A stretch of 64,000 nt of DNA, taken from Catajapyx aquilonaris. Its lineage: Eukaryota. Where the stretch lies: contig KZ538017.1 in assembly GCA_000934665.2 (NCBI GenBank), positions 1 to 64,000 of the forward strand. The letters are read 5' to 3'. Of the stretch, positions 10,761 through 25,159 are shown piece after piece. The position numbers and the translations under genes are program-made. The notes beneath the pieces are model-generated. The model was not told the origin of the DNA. It did no database searches and was given only the letters and a program-made list of their open reading frames with translations. Within the stretch, counting starts at the first letter, position 1. Each line of letters starts with the position of its first letter.

Positions 10761-12299
10761 GTCAGTTGTTGTTGTTGTTGTTGTGCTAGATAAGGACCAC
10801 CACACTACTTGCCCTCGAGTCGTCAACAATCGCCGCTGAAAAGACAAAAGTTTGAAACGAGACCATTTTTAGAAAATGTTTCGGCCAGGTATTTCCGCAA
10901 TGCATTTCGACGTACGTCATTTGCACAGCAGTATAGTACCTACCGCGAGAGGGTATATGAATCAAGCGAGAGTTTTTAACGAGCGCACATTCCTCTCGAG
11001 CTGCTCTCATATTTTTATTGTTCCGACAACCTTGCCCGGTGCCACTCGGAGCCAATCGCAAGTCAATGTGGACAGGTCCGATGTTGACATTCATAACCAC
11101 ACACCTCCCTAGCAAGTTTGCTAGAGTCGTTGCTTTCTTTAAGATAAATACAGGCGAGATACGGATGACCCAGTTTCACAACTCTCAATAGTCCGGAAGT
11201 GGGTTAGGCAGCAGCTGGGACGTACAAACACGCGGAGAAATTTCCCCATCTATACTTGATCTATCAATTTATGTTAATTTATTATAATTATATTTTACTA
11301 GGCGACTTTTGCCAGGAGGCGTTTTGCGGGAATCCTCGATTAAACATGCAGGAAGAACCAGTCCAGCAAGGTGCTCGATTATTTGACGTTAATGTGCGAT
11401 TTAATTGCGATAATATTATGGACCTCGTCATTGTTTGCTAATGAGGGAGTTGTACAGCATCGTGTGCCTTTTATTGGGGGGGGGGGCATATTTTTGCACG
11501 CTTATAATATTGGCATAGTCTATAATATATTATCCCGAAGGGCAAGGTTGAAGTGTGACCGGATATTTCGTACCTGATCGTTGCACGTTTGAAATGAATA
11601 AAAAAATGTGTCGGCCTTGTACGTACACTTTATTATGACGATTAAGATTTGTAAACGTTCCTTGTTGTGTCATGTCTAATGCAAAAGGGGCGTAAATCAA
11701 AGTAGCTGTCAGGCGAGGAGGAATTGCGCCAATTGCAAAAGTCACCCCACTCCCCCTGTCTAGAATACCTTTTTCTTTTTTACAACAACTACAAGTTCAA
11801 CCTTGAATAATAATTAAATATTTAAGCGAATAAACATGCTCCGTTACATGGTTCATTCGCAATAAACGTGCTCGAGTCAACTGGAAGCGAAACTATCTGA
11901 TTTTCGCTCAAATAAGCGGTTTGGCAAAACTGATTTTGTCGCGTCTCCATTTCAAAAGCTCGTGTGTTTACCGCCAGTCGAGGTCGTCTCGATCGCGGTC
12001 GGAAAAACTCCCGTTCAAAAATGGCTTTTCTAATCGAGATCGGCAGGCGCGATTCCAGGTGACACAATGAGTGGTCGTGACGACCCAGCTGGCACTAGAC
12101 GACCTTTTAGTCGCGTTCCAGACGCGGTTACAAGCGAACTATAATAGTCTGCCATAGTTTGACCCGCATTTTTGTAAACAAGCTACACGATCTGACCGAG
12201 GCGATGGAAGTGTCGTAGGCAATGTCCACCAAAATCGTTAGAAATGTATAACCGTTAAAAATGTTTCATCCTTTCAAAAATACTTAAATACAACCGTTC

Positions 12300-13140
12300 A
12301 AAAGTAGCGGTTTAAAGCAACTGCTTAAACTGTCATAATAACTGTTGAAAGTAGCTATTGAAAGTAACTGCTTAAACTGTCATAATAACTGTTGAAAGTA
12401 GCTATTGAAAGTAACTGCTTAAACTGTCATAATAACTGTTGAAAGTAGCTATTGAAAGTAACTGCTTAAACTGTAACTGTTGAGAGTAACTACTTAAACT
12501 GTAACTGTTGAGAGTAACTACTTAAACTGTAACTGTTGAGAGTAACTACTTAAATATTGTAACTGTTGAAAGTAGCTATTGAAAGTAACTGCTTAAACTG
12601 TAGCTCTTGAGAGTAACTACTTAAATTCTAACTGCTTAAACTGTAACTGTTGAAAGTAGCTGTTGAGAGTAACTACTTAAATTCTAACTGCTTAAACTGC
12701 AACTATTGAAAGTAGCTGCTGAGAGTAACTGCTTAAACTGTAACTGTTGAAAGTAGCTGTTGAGAGTAACTACTTAAATTGTAACTGTTGAAAGTAGCTG
12801 TTGAGAGTAACTGCTTAAACTGTAACTGTTTAAAGTAGCTGTTGAGAGTAACTGCTTAAACTGTAACTGTTGAAAGTAGCTGTTGAGAGTAACTACGTAA
12901 ACTGTAACTGTTTAAAAGTAACGACTTAATGGAGCTGGTTAAAGCAATTGAGTAATAATGATGATGATGATGATGATGATGATGATGTAAATACTGCTTG
13001 AAACCAACCGATTAAAAGTAACTGATTATACTGTAGCTGCTTTAAATATGTAGCTGCTTAAAGGTAACTGTTAAAAAGAGGAACTATTTTGAAATGCAAC
13101 TGCTCGTTAAAGTAGCTGTTTGAAAGTAGCTGTTTGAAAT
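12300..13140. repeat. AT-rich minisatellite (AACTGTTGAAAGTAGCT/AACTGCTTAAACTGT units) with embedded (ATG)n
   Basis: Directly visible tandem units with higher-order variation. Confidence 0.93.
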
Positions 13141-13333
13141 GGCAATGGGTTAAAATAAGCGGCTTATCAGTGCAATTTCCAACTGTGTGACGTGTGTGTT
13201 CTTTGTGCGTATTTCAGGTGTACGGAGCGTCGGTATGGCCCGACGAGAGGATAGTGTGGCATCGTCGGAGGCGTGTTGTTTGTTCTGATTGGTGCGTGCG
13301 AGTGCGTATGAGAGTGTGTCGTCGTCGTTGATC

Positions 13334-13777
13334 ATGGCAGACTGGTCGAGCAGTAGTACCGTAGCTACTACTACGATGACGATGGCGGGGGCCGCTGAAG
13401 AGGAGCAGGAGATGGGTCCGTACAACGAGACCTGGGAGGACGATTACGACTGGAGCAACTGCAGCAACGAGTACTGCGTGTCCAACGAGGACTACATGCA
13501 GATGATCGAGGACCACGTCCACCCGAGGGACTACGAGTGGGTCCTGATCGCCCTCTTCGGAGCGGTCTTCATCGTGGGACTCGTGGGGAACTGCCTGGTC
13601 TGCACAGCCGTCTACAGAAACCACGTGATGAGGACGGTCACCAACTACTTCATCGTCAACCTGGCCGTCGCCGACTTCATGGTCATCCTCCTCTGTCTGC
13701 CCCCGACCGTCGTCTGGGACGTGACCGAGACGTGGTTCCTAGGGGACATCCTCTGCAAGATCGTCCTCTACCTGCAG
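13334..13777 (+). CDS. AT-R: Allatotropin/orexin-type neuropeptide GPCR, coding exon 1 (N-terminus, TM1 to start of TM3)
   Basis: CSNEYCVSNEDY...YEWVLI, GLVGNCLVC, NHVMRTVTNYFIVNLAVADFMVILLCLPPTVVWDVTETWFLGDILCK are typical of arthropod allatotropin/orexin receptors. Ends CAG|GTCAGT, phase 0. Confidence 0.95.
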
Positions 13778-13837
13778 GTCAGTTGATCCTAATTTGTCAA
13801 CGAGAGTGCCGAAACTTGGCAACACTGCCAGGAACTC

Positions 13838-14395
13838 ATAGATGGCGCATCCACCAACTCTGCACACTACTGCCACTCTCAGGGTCGTGCGGATGATAGT
13901 GGTACTTATCCACGCTGATGACTCCGGACAAACAGAGGCACAGACTCCAGCCAATTTTAAACTATGGTTAAGCCGACCTTGAACCGCTGTTTTTTTGGCG
14001 ACGTCATCGACTGGGTGTTAATTTGCCGAAACTGGGATCTGAACAAATAACGGCTGGTTTTTACAGTCGGGCAGTAAAATATTGTGTATAGGTTTCCAAG
14101 TGAAGAAAACCGACTAGCTGCACTGTGGGGATATGTCATCGTTCGGCTTGTTGCAAAAATATCCGCCAACCGCGCACGACTTATGGCCTTTTTCCCAGAG
14201 AAACATCGAGATATTCGCAGAAAATAACACACGCGCACTTCTCACGGTCAACATTGCGTAATTTGTGATGATAATAATAATAATCGAGCGATAGAATTGG
14301 CTCCAATCTGTGCCTGTCCGCGGTGAGTCATCATCTATAGTACTCGCAACGACCTGAGAGTGGCAGTAGTGTGCAGAGAGGATGTGCCATCTATG
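13838..14395. repeat. Inverted pair of a dispersed ~100 bp repeat (ATAGATGGCGCA...CTCTGCACAGTGCTGCCACTC family)
   Basis: Forward copy 13838-13945 and reverse copy 14305-14395. Further copies near 19467, 20575 (reverse), 22398 and 61287. Confidence 0.7.
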
Positions 14396-17300
14396 TGAGG
14401 GTTACGGCAATACAGAAAAAATTTACCGGAAGATTCCAGGAATTCTATTGGGTGTAATGTACACGTCGCACATATCGGTTAAGCCAGGGTTGGCATTCCT
14501 GTCGTGCGAAATTATTTTTGCGAGCAGGAAAAAAAATTGCAATTTCCGCCACCCGACCTTGACAAGAACAACACTTTACTGGAACGACCAAAGTGCCATA
14601 AAAATAGCAGTTATTTGTCGGGTCAAACGCATGACACACGTACATACTCATGTATCGAGTTACAACACTTCATGCGGCGCGAATTTTTATGCTCGTCTTG
14701 CAAAAAAAAAAAATTGCACCGAGTGACCTTTCAACCCACGGCTCGCCAATTTGGTCAGAGTTCGCAACATTTTTGCGATTTGATGCGAATACGCGGATGT
14801 TCTGAACTTGAGAAGCGAAAAAAAATTTAGTGATTTATGGGCAGGAAGTTGCAGAAAGCTTTTTCGCGATTCCCTTGAAATTCTTTCTGTTTGCGCAAAC
14901 ATAACTTTGTCATCGAATCCCCTCGCAAAATAGAATCTTCCCGAGTGTACGGCAACCAAATTGCGATTTCCTGTTTTGCGAAAAGGCAGGTTGAGCTTCT
15001 GCAAAAATGTGATACGGGCTGTTTTGCAAATTTTGTATCATTTGAGTCGGCGAATAGCCTGGCTTTTATAAGCCAGATTTAAATGAATGAAAAATCGCGA
15101 TTAACTTTAATTCGCGAATCGTAAAACGCGGTGGGTTAGTAATGACATTTTGTGACGGATTTGCCAGTAATTAAAAGAGGATTTGTAGCCGTGCGTTTGG
15201 CTAGGATTTGCATCGGACTCGTTTTGCACATTTTTTTTTTGCACGAATATTATTCCACACTTTACTTACCGAGGCATGAACAAGCCAGCTTAAGCCAAAA
15301 GGAGTTTTCGCAAAAATAAGTTTCGAAAGCGGCAAACATAAAGTTGGGATTCTAATTTTTCGCATAAAAGTTTTCTTTATTTTATAGCGCACTACATTTA
15401 CGACCAACTTTTTTTTGCAAATTTTTTTTGGGCAAACTAGACACGTTCGTGGTTGTGTATATATTTTATAGCTCTCCTGGGAGATATTCCGTTCCTATTC
15501 TTCGCCTTTATTTAGCGGGGGAAAAAGAAGGATGAATGCGAAATGATGTCGCTGCAATTCGCGAAACAGCTGCACAAGTCGTAATGAGTTAACTGCCGGT
15601 ATTTTTTTTTTTTTGCAGCTTCTGTCAGTTAACAGCACAACCATTTACAGCTCAGTACTAGTGTTTGAAAATAATAATTGTTTCAATCCATTTTTGCATG
15701 GGTTTATTCTGTCGTGTACTTGTTGCAATTTGTTTGACAGCCCGTCAGCAGTGAATCAGTCAATGTTCAAGGTCGTTGACGGGCTTGATTTTTACACGAG
15801 GATATCGTCGAGCAATTAACAGGAAATAATAATTTATTAAATCATCTTCGCATTGCGCAATAATTATTATTCATAGTCGTCATAACCGGTTGAAATTGGC
15901 GATTTTTTTTTTGCGTGATTGTACAGCAGTACAGACGCGATATAAACTCAAAGGGTGTTCACACTGCTCCCTCGAGTTTATATTTGGACCGTGGTCATTG
16001 CATATGGGCAGCCCATTGTCCGGTTTGAAAATGAAGAGTAATGGGTTCGACTTACCAGTGATGACGGGAGCCACATCTAGAGAGATCAAGACCCGAATAA
16101 AAATAGTTTTTTTTTTCCAACCCGGATTTCCAACGCGCTTTTGAGTCGCCTTTTATTGGCCCACCTGAATCACAGCAGTTTGCGTGGGCCTGCAAAGTCC
16201 CTTAGATGAAACGAAAAGCGAGTCTGAAGAAATCCTAGGAAAATCCTCACTCAGAATATTCCACAGAATCATTTTCTGCGAATTGCGAAGAAATTCCGTT
16301 GTTATCCGACAGATTGCTACGTGTTATTCGACCAGCAGGTCATGGCTTTGGAAAATAACTGCTTTTTAAAAGCGGAAGTTGCTTGTCTGCAACTTCTATT
16401 TTGGGTGATATTCACGCCCTATAATATTTGCTGTTCACTCCTTGCGAATATCTTTGCAGAAAGAAGGCTCGCACTTTTTCAGAGAATTGGTCCAATAGCA
16501 AAAAAGTAGCTGCTACTAGCCCGATCGCTGCTTATGGAAGGTTTTGCAAAATCGTTCGAGTGACTTTCCTGCTCGTTGCCTGTTGGGATCATAATTAAGT
16601 AGTCGAGTACACAGGTGCGCTCTACATGCCTACTAATCAAACTGTGCTGCACACTATCATTACTCACTGTACTGTAAGACAACGCTGTACACATGTGCTG
16701 ATGTGCAATTGCTGCATTGGATCGTATATGCTTTGTTAACGTACTTTTAATGATGGTGTGTGTGTGCCTGCTGCTTGCGACCTTGACTTATCGTCAACAA
16801 TTGGGTCCAGACATTCCCTATATGTACAATTGAGTAGAAACATATAATTATGGTTCCTTCGTCCTATTGTCAGTTGCTAGCTGCAAAACTGCGGATTGTT
16901 CGCTTATTTCGATAAATAAAAATTGGCCCGACTCGCGATAACAGCAATTTTCGCAACAAATATAAGCGGTGTTGCCAAGATGTCCATCAGCTCTCCTTAT
17001 TACGTAACCAGACTTTATTGAGTCGTTCCGCCTTGTCGTGTTGCGAAAAACGTATGGCTTGTGACAAGGCTGCTTTTCCGCTGGCATTAATCACCCCCAG
17101 CAAGCAACCCCCTCCCCTCCCTTACCCCCCCCATCTCTCTGCTGACTCAATATTGGCATTCCACATCAGTCATGAACCAACCCCCGAGTAATGTGTACCG
17201 CTCGTTTTGCATGTAACGCAGCCTTGCATACCCTCGTTCGCTCCCACGACTCATTATTTATGCCATGGAAAAGCAACATTTTGTGGTACCATACCGATTG

Positions 17301-17399
17301 GCTGCTGATTGGCTTATTGTTACTGGAAAAAATAGCGCTTTGGCATAAGTAGTAACCGCTATTTGCAAACCCGTGAAAATACCCTGTTAAAATTAGCTG

Positions 17400-17790
17400 A
17401 TACCGTTATTTACAGCTATTTTATGCCAAAGTCGCTGCTATTTGCGAGGCCGTAAAATAGCGGGTTAAAAATAGCTGCTGCCGTTATTTGCAACTACTTT
17501 GGATATAAGTCGCTGCTATTTGCGAGGGCGTAAAATAGCGGGTTAAAAATAGCTGCTGCCGTTATTTACAACCACTTTGGATATAAGTCGCTGCTATTTG
17601 CGAGGCCGTTAAATAGCGGGTTAAAAATAACTGCTGCCGTTATTTACAACCACTTTGGATATAAGTCGCTGCTATTTGCGAGGCCGTTAAATAGCGAGTT
17701 AAAAATAACTGCTGCCGGTTTTTTTGGCCAAACTCGCTGCTATTTGCAAATCCGTAAAACAGCGGGTTAAAAACATCTGGTATAGCGGCT
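17400..17790. repeat. 78-bp tandem repeat, 4-5 copies
   Basis: GTCGCTGCTATTTGCGAGG recurs at 17431, 17509, 17587 and 17665. Confidence 0.93.
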
Positions 17791-18215
17791 ATTTTTACGT
17801 CAGAATAATTGAGTGACTGGACGTGAAAGTGTAATCAAGCGGTCTCTAGGGATGAAAAACTTTGATAATAATCTGCATAAGGTTATTACAACCTGAGCTG
17901 TAAACGCCTGCCTGCTTTTTTAAACCCAATTAAGGTCCACGCTGGGGGGCTACATTAATGCCTTGGCAATATTGCTAGCTTATGAATATAGCAGGCCGGA
18001 GTCAAAAAATGGATGCTAATCCCGCTCTTTGCCCAATTATTTTTTTCGTATAACGCATTATTTTATTTGAAACAGAGAGGAAAGTAGTCGTCCTGTGCAT
18101 GTTAGTGTCATCTGCATGGCTTTTGGGTGACCGCTACTTCCAGCTTGTGTCCCTGCCAGGCACGGGCCGTCGCTCTGAGTGATGATTTTAGTTAATTGCA
18201 ACCGTGTGGGCTATA

Positions 18216-18456
18216 CAGGGTGGACCAACTTCAAGTGTCGTTTTATAACGGCTATTAATAGAAGCGCTTTACGATTGACGTAGCAGCGACGTGTAAAATG
18301 GCCCACTTCGGCGCCATCGAAAATATTAGCAGCCCTGTTGGCAGCTAATATTTTCGATGGCGCCGAAGTGGGACATTTTGCACGTCGCTGCTACGTCATC
18401 GCAAAATCACTGCTATTAATCGCCGTTATAAAACGACACTTTAAGTTGGTCCACCC
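18216..18456. mobile_element. Tc1/mariner-type MITE family A, copy 1
   Basis: TA-CAGGGTGGACCAACTTCAAGTGTCG long terminal inverted repeats; right end slightly eroded. Confidence 0.88.
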
Positions 18457-20656
18457 GCCAACAATGCGGTCCTTATTGTGCTCCGCAGGCCAACGAACGT
18501 TATTGTGGCTTTTCCATATCTAATCGCCATGGTAACTCATTGCCATTTTTTAACCCCGAATTCCTTCAAACCTATAGATGTTCCTAATCGACGGTTTCTA
18601 TAATATATTTTTGGCAAGTCGTCGGACTGATGGCGCAGGTCATAAACAGTTAATTGCAGGCGAATCAGCATTGCAGAATTTTCTGAAACTGCGAGGCTTC
18701 ACTCGTTAGCTGCACCCACATTTTACGGCCGGTTTTAACGCGGCAAAGCGGAAAATATCAACCAATTAGCTCGTTAGCCCGGACACTACGCACATACGGG
18801 GGGGCCAGTGCAAATTTTTTGCGACAAAAATGTCAGTTGCAAAAGTTTTCTTCCGCGCAATTGGATGGATCCACAAAATAGGTGATTTTCGACTCCAAAG
18901 AGTCAAACCTGCTGAGAGCCGTTTTATTTCCGCGAACGCCTATTACCTCGACAATTTTTGCACTGTGAAATTACCTCCAGTCATAACACTGATAACATTC
19001 TTCGCGCATAACTGCCGGCTTTAAAAATATTGCAAGTATGCAATCTGCGGTTCACATTCGTACAAAAAGAGGAGGAAATCGATGGATTAATTGCAACAAC
19101 ATCACTAGTTGAACAGCCGAATATTTCCGTGTAAAATCCAGTAAATAAACGAGCGTGCAAATATTCGCAATTATATCTTTTTGGAACACCCTGTAGCGTA
19201 ATAAGTGCGATAACTCGTGCGTTGTTGGGTGACAGGGACGCGACCGATCAAAAACCAGGTGCCTAATAGCTCAACAGCTAGAATAACTGCGCCGTAATTA
19301 TGGCAAACCCGCTCCATTCGGACGGGGAAATACAAACACGGGTTCATTAATAGGCAGAAAAATGAATGGGAATTATTAAATTTTGATGCGTAATTTCGGG
19401 GGGGTTAACCGGGTTCAAAATGAGGTGTCACTTCTGGATATTAAATATTGGCCCCAAAAATGTCACATAGATGGCGCATACTCCCTCTCTGCACAGTGCT
19501 GCCAGTGCATTGTGCGGGGGGTAGTGGTACTGCATGTGAAATCATGCAACGCGACGTGCAGTGCCTGGCAGGGACAGTACTCCAACGCCTCACAGCAGAT
19601 ACACCAGAGGCGAACGACCCATGACCCGAGTTGACCTCCTGGCTTCCGGGACGTTGTTGATACTGCCCATAAAACGAGGTGGGGTGTTAAATGAGGCCCT
19701 CTCCTTGATTGGGCAATTGGGCCCTTGGGTGGGGTATAAGGCGGAAGGAGCTCGTAACCAGGATCCCCATGACTTAGCCTCAACACCTCCTCTCCCAAAC
19801 TTACGCCGCATTTGGAGCCTCAAACTATCGCGCATTAACACTAATGAGGCAAAGTGCAAAGTACTCCTTTTGAACAAGCCGTCGCTTCAGGTGTTGCACC
19901 AACCCTATACTTAGAAGCCAATTAACACCCCCCGGTTCATATGTTGCAGAATATCGAGTCTGTTTGTCCGCTCTAAGTTCAGGTGTAGTACCACCACCCC
20001 TCGGCCGACCCTGATAGTGACAGAATAAATTTTTTTTCTAAGCACCTTGTAGCTTCCATATAGGACGATCACCCTTCCATCTGCGAGCCATAAACACATA
20101 CTCAGCACGTGTCATATATTAAAGAGTGGGATAGATATGTTGAAACGGTGTCCAGAATTAGCTCACGTCCATTACTCTTTTTAAAAGTGTCTGGGGCATC
20201 AGACGGGTTCACACCTAAAGTGCCGGGTTAAATCAAGGGCCCTCTTCAACCCCCCTATGCCTGTGTTTAAGATTCGGCCCACGCCCCCATCTATTCGCAA
20301 AACTTTTTTCAAGAATATTTTTTTTTTGCAAGGGGGGTGATTTTCAGATTAAGACCGGACTTTGATTGCGAATATAAAAATAACAGCCGGGGGGTTTGTT
20401 CTAGAGTAGTTAATTACGCCAATCAATCACTGCGCATGTCGAAAAGGGATCGGAGTTTGACGGGCCCGGATGTGTACACGCACCCAATAAATACACAGAT
20501 TGCTGGGCATGGGGGAGAAAAAGTCACCAATTGTGCACCAGCTGGTTGCTGGAATCGGTCACTTCCTTGGCTCCGGATTCTGTCCGCAGCGAGTCATCAT
20601 CAGCTTGCAGAGAAGCATGGTGCGCCATCTATGTGTCATGTCCGCAGTATGGAGCA

Positions 20657-20888
20657 GTGTTCTGACGTCCGCTGGAAAAAAAACCGTAACTCAAAATCCA
20701 CATCCCTTGCGGCGAGAAAAGTAAGAAAGTGTTTCCGAAAGCCACCAAGAGGTGGCGTTGAAGGAAGTGGGAAAAGGAACGGGCACCCCACCTCCATCTG
20801 TTGGATGCTTTTGGTACCACTCCTTTTTTTCTCTCCGCAAGGGAAAGTGGATGTTGAGTTACGGTCTTCTTCCAGCGGACGGCAGTGT
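20657..20888. mobile_element. MITE family C, copy 1
   Basis: TIR core CCGTAACTCAA..TCCAC.TCCCTTGCGG; homologous along its length to 29136-29366. Confidence 0.8.
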
Positions 20889-22263
20889 TGCCAAGTTCTC
20901 AGCCAGGATTGGCTCGTGCACATAAATAAATAAATCTCTCTTCAACATATGATTCAACGTGGTGGTTCGCTGACCATGGTCAGTGAACCGCGCCCTGTAT
21001 GTGAAGGCGCACGAATAATAACATTCCTGAGATGCATGTTATGACGTCTTCTGCCCAAATTGCGATGTTGGAATTTTGATATGTACGACGAATGGGAGGA
21101 ATAACCTGGTGACGTCGGCTCTTCCTTTTTTATTTTGAGGCTTGAAACATTGTTATGTGTAGCCAATCGGTTTTGAACAAGTGTGACCTGCGTGGAGATA
21201 TCTTGGGTGTCAAGTGGCAGCTTGGATGGAAAAACAATGGACGAGTTTTATTATATTTCGAGAGCGGATCATTGTTTAGGGGCCGACCGAGCAGCACGAC
21301 CCATTGTTCTTTGCTTTTGCCAATTATATTATTATTGGAGGTAATGTTATTCCTAGGTTATTCCTGGTGCATACGTGCACTGAACTTGGCCGCAATCTTC
21401 GACGCGCTGGGAAAATATGCCAAATTGGCATATCAGTGTGACAAACGTGGCTCATATTGAAAGAATGATTTTTTTGCAAACTTAACCCGTCGACATTTGC
21501 ATTTTTCAAAAATGTGGATCGCGTAACCAATATTGGCATTGTAAAATATTGTCGCTGACATGTTGGTCAAATTTTCTGAACAGTTTCGGGCGATATATTG
21601 CTTTCAAATTTAGCTACGTATTACGTACTGTATAGATTGCATATGATACGTACCTGTCATTGCTTGTAATGAAATGAAATGACTGTAAGACGCCCAATTT
21701 CCAAAGAGTGCGGCCAAAAATATCCAGTCTTTAGATGATCTAATCAGTGGGATTCGTAGCTAGACAATGTCTGAAGGTCACATATACTGTAATATCTGCG
21801 TGTGGGTCGTTTCATGGTAATTACCTGGGTAACGAAAGTTGGCAGGGTAAATGTCACCTCAAGTTTGCAAAAGTTTACCTTATAAAGTTTGTGCGAATAA
21901 TTATGGCACATCCGGTGATTACACTCCGTGTGCTTGCCGTACTTGTCTCGATCTTTTGGCCCCAAAATGTCGAGGATTTGCAAACACTGGGGAACATGTC
22001 GTGTGAAGTAATGACCCTTTTTAATGGACTGGTGTCATTTTTGTTTTCCTGCGCCCGGAAAGGCAGGGTGTGACTGAGGGTGTTATAGCCCGGGCTATGA
22101 AAAATAGAGGAGGGAAATAAAGGAGTCATTAGTCTATTATGACAGCTATTTGCACACACTGTACACTCTCGCGCATTCAGCATCAACAGTCATCTTTTAT
22201 TTTCATGTCCGTCTCCATAATCCTCAGCAAAACGAGTCGTTTACTATGCCACGAAGTACTGTC

Positions 22264-22395
22264 GGGTTCAAATACTTTTGGCCACTTTATCCTGGTCTTG
22301 AAGCAACCCTTCGCACAAACGCACCTCCTTAACGTGGGGTCTGTGCGAAGGGTTGCTTCAAGACCAAGATAAAGTGGCCAAAAGTATTTGAACCC
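22264..22395. repeat. Foldback hairpin element (~130 bp)
   Basis: GGGTTCAAATACTTTTGGCCACTTTATC...GATAAAGTGGCCAAAAGTATTTGAACCC near-perfect inverted arms. Confidence 0.85.
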
Positions 22396-25159
22396 AATAG
22401 ATGGCGCATCCTCCCTCTCTGCACAGTGCTGCCACTCTCAGCGACGCGGCGGGTAGTGGAACTACCTAGCTCACTCTGGACAAACAGAGGCACACGAGCC
22501 TATTCTACGCAATGAATTGGTCTCTGGTTTGTGACGCTAATGGTTATTCGAGACTACGATAAAGCGGATTTTGTCGCCAATTATCGCGACCTGTAATTAC
22601 TCTTTTGGTGGCCAATATAAAAGGGCGCGAGTGTGTCCAGTGGGCCAGAACTGCCCGAAGCAACAGAGTCCATTACAGTGTACATGCAGCATTACCAACA
22701 GGAATGATTGACAGGCTGCAGCTAACTAAAAAACAAAGTACAGGGAGAACGTGGGAAGCTGGCCGATTGCCAAGTCATAGTCCGCCCCTCCTTTTTTCCA
22801 TAGCGTTTTATCGTCGATGGAAGTGTGATAAGTGGTGCACTTTGGCCTCCTGCCTTGTGAAGGAAGCCTGCAGCGGTATGCACACTCTTCAATCGCCATT
22901 AGCCAGCTCTCAAGGCTATCAAACCAGCCAGGTTCACTCACCTATCCAGATCATAAAAGGGCCACACGCTTTTATGCTCTCACACCCTCCTTAATTACCC
23001 TCACTCTCATTACACGGGAGCTTGCTTTTTGACACGAAAATTTGAAAAAAAAAGTGCGGCACATTTTCTCCTCAGATACTGTATGAGGATCTTACCCAGA
23101 TAAAAATATAATGGATCACGATGCAGACAGTTTCATTACAATTTTCTCCAGCCACGTGCCTCCTAATCGAGCTTCTTTTTAAATTACTGTAGATGATCTG
23201 GATTGGAAAAAAAAGCGACTCCATCTAATTAGCCGAGTCTTAATTAATTGGGGTTCAATCCCATGCTTTGAAAACATTTCGAGCCACCCTGTAGAGCCTG
23301 AAGGTATATATTCATTATCGCGAAAGCATGCTTTTGTAGCCATGCATGGATAGAAAGGAAAAAAAAAAAATGACCGTCAGAGAGAGAGAGAGAGAGAGAA
23401 AAAAGAGCTGGAGTTTTTAGTGTCCGAGACTATAGTAGATAAGAGTGTAGCCTACTATTCGTGGAATGCTTTTTATATAAATTTCCATGATGCATTGCAC
23501 GCGAGCACTTCGCTCCGGGCGTTTTAGCAAAAGCTGACTATGATGTTATAAATCATGTTTATGCTGATCCTTATCTGTGAAACCTGCCTCGCGACCAAGG
23601 GTATATATGCTCACACACCGTACTACATGTATACGCACACACTTCAAGACCGGACACTTGTTAAGTCCGGTACATCGCATTAAGTATGGACAGGAAAACA
23701 ATAGCGACGTATTTTGCGCGATTGTCGTGTGATGGCTATATTGGTCATTCATCGCGCGACCTTATGTGCTACATAAATATGCCCCCGAGTCCGTAATATA
23801 ATCTATATATTTATATGAAAGGGAAAGTTGGTATGTTTGTAAGGGCTTCCCAACCACTTTCAGACTACAGAGAGGAATGAAACTTGGCACACTGATAGTA
23901 GACCGGACAGTGGTTGAGGAAAAGGTCCGAAAGTCACACTTTTTGGGCATAAACCCACCAAAATTTATGATTTATGAGTTTGAGTTTTAGCCGGGTTTTC
24001 ACCATATGCCACTGGATGGCGCTAGCGACCGGTTCGAGCCGCACGCAACAGATGGCGTGGGCATGCACTGTCTCTGCGCGTGCGTAATGAACAACGAAGG
24101 GCATCAAAATAAATTCCGAAGTCGCGATAACTGTAGCGCTATGTCATTTTGTTTTTTCGATAATTCCCGTTGTTATTATCTCGCTCTATAGTAAGCGCCT
24201 GTCCTGGGGTGTCCAGCCGGGTAATAATATCGGGCGTACCAGCTGGACGGAATAAGTGGGACAGGACATTGGGCAGGAGACGGATGGTGTCGTTTGGGTG
24301 TCCCAGCCTGGGTTGTCTCGGAGTCAGGCCCTGAGAAATGGATGGACTCGCTTTGAAAGGCTGACCAGATTGATTGGTCAGCCGGAGGGACACCCTTTTA
24401 GCACTCTTTTTTTTATATCGCAAAAAAGAAGTGTTTTTCTAAGGTGGGCGCGTAGAGTGCGAGCCAAAATTATTTACGATCGAGTTCATGCCTCGGATTA
24501 AGTCGCCGCCAGTATTTTGGTCCAAAAATAATGGTCGTAATGAGGCGGGGGTTAGTAATTTGCGGGGCGAAAGTTAATTAACCGTGTTGTAGCGCCACCT
24601 TCCGATCTAAAGTAAACACTTTTCCCGACACTTAATTACTTTTGGGAGCCAACCTGCTGCTGCTGAACAAGTGCATTAAGGGCATTTCCCTCCTTCCCTT
24701 CTCTTACTTTTATATCGGCCTCCGATCATCGGCTTCTCTGGAGGGATTCCGGGGAAAACACGGCGAGTATAGAGGGATTCTCTCAGGCGAGAAGCTTTGC
24801 CCGCAGAAAACCACTCTTTTCTCAGGGGAGGTGAAGTACTAACCACCATCATCCATTTCAGCGGCACACTTTCTCTCCGGAAAGAAACAGCGCAGCTTTA
24901 CCTTACTTGATCTCCGGGTCAGAAGGCTACATCTGACATTTTTAAGGGGGCCGGATACCTATGAGATTATTCCGATTCTAATTGATCGAAACGCCGTCGG
25001 GGGCTCCATTGGCTATTCCTCGCCATTCTGTGAAAATTTCAGGTCCGTACCTCCAGCGAGACGCCCGCATCGGCGGTGCAAAGAGAACGCTGCACCCGTG
25101 TGACTCGGCCAAACTTTAAACGCGATTCGGAAAAATCGCGTAGATATCCGTCGCCCCTA

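Noticed and set aside
20337..20933. 198-aa ORF
   Set aside because: Reads through two repeat elements; chance open frame.
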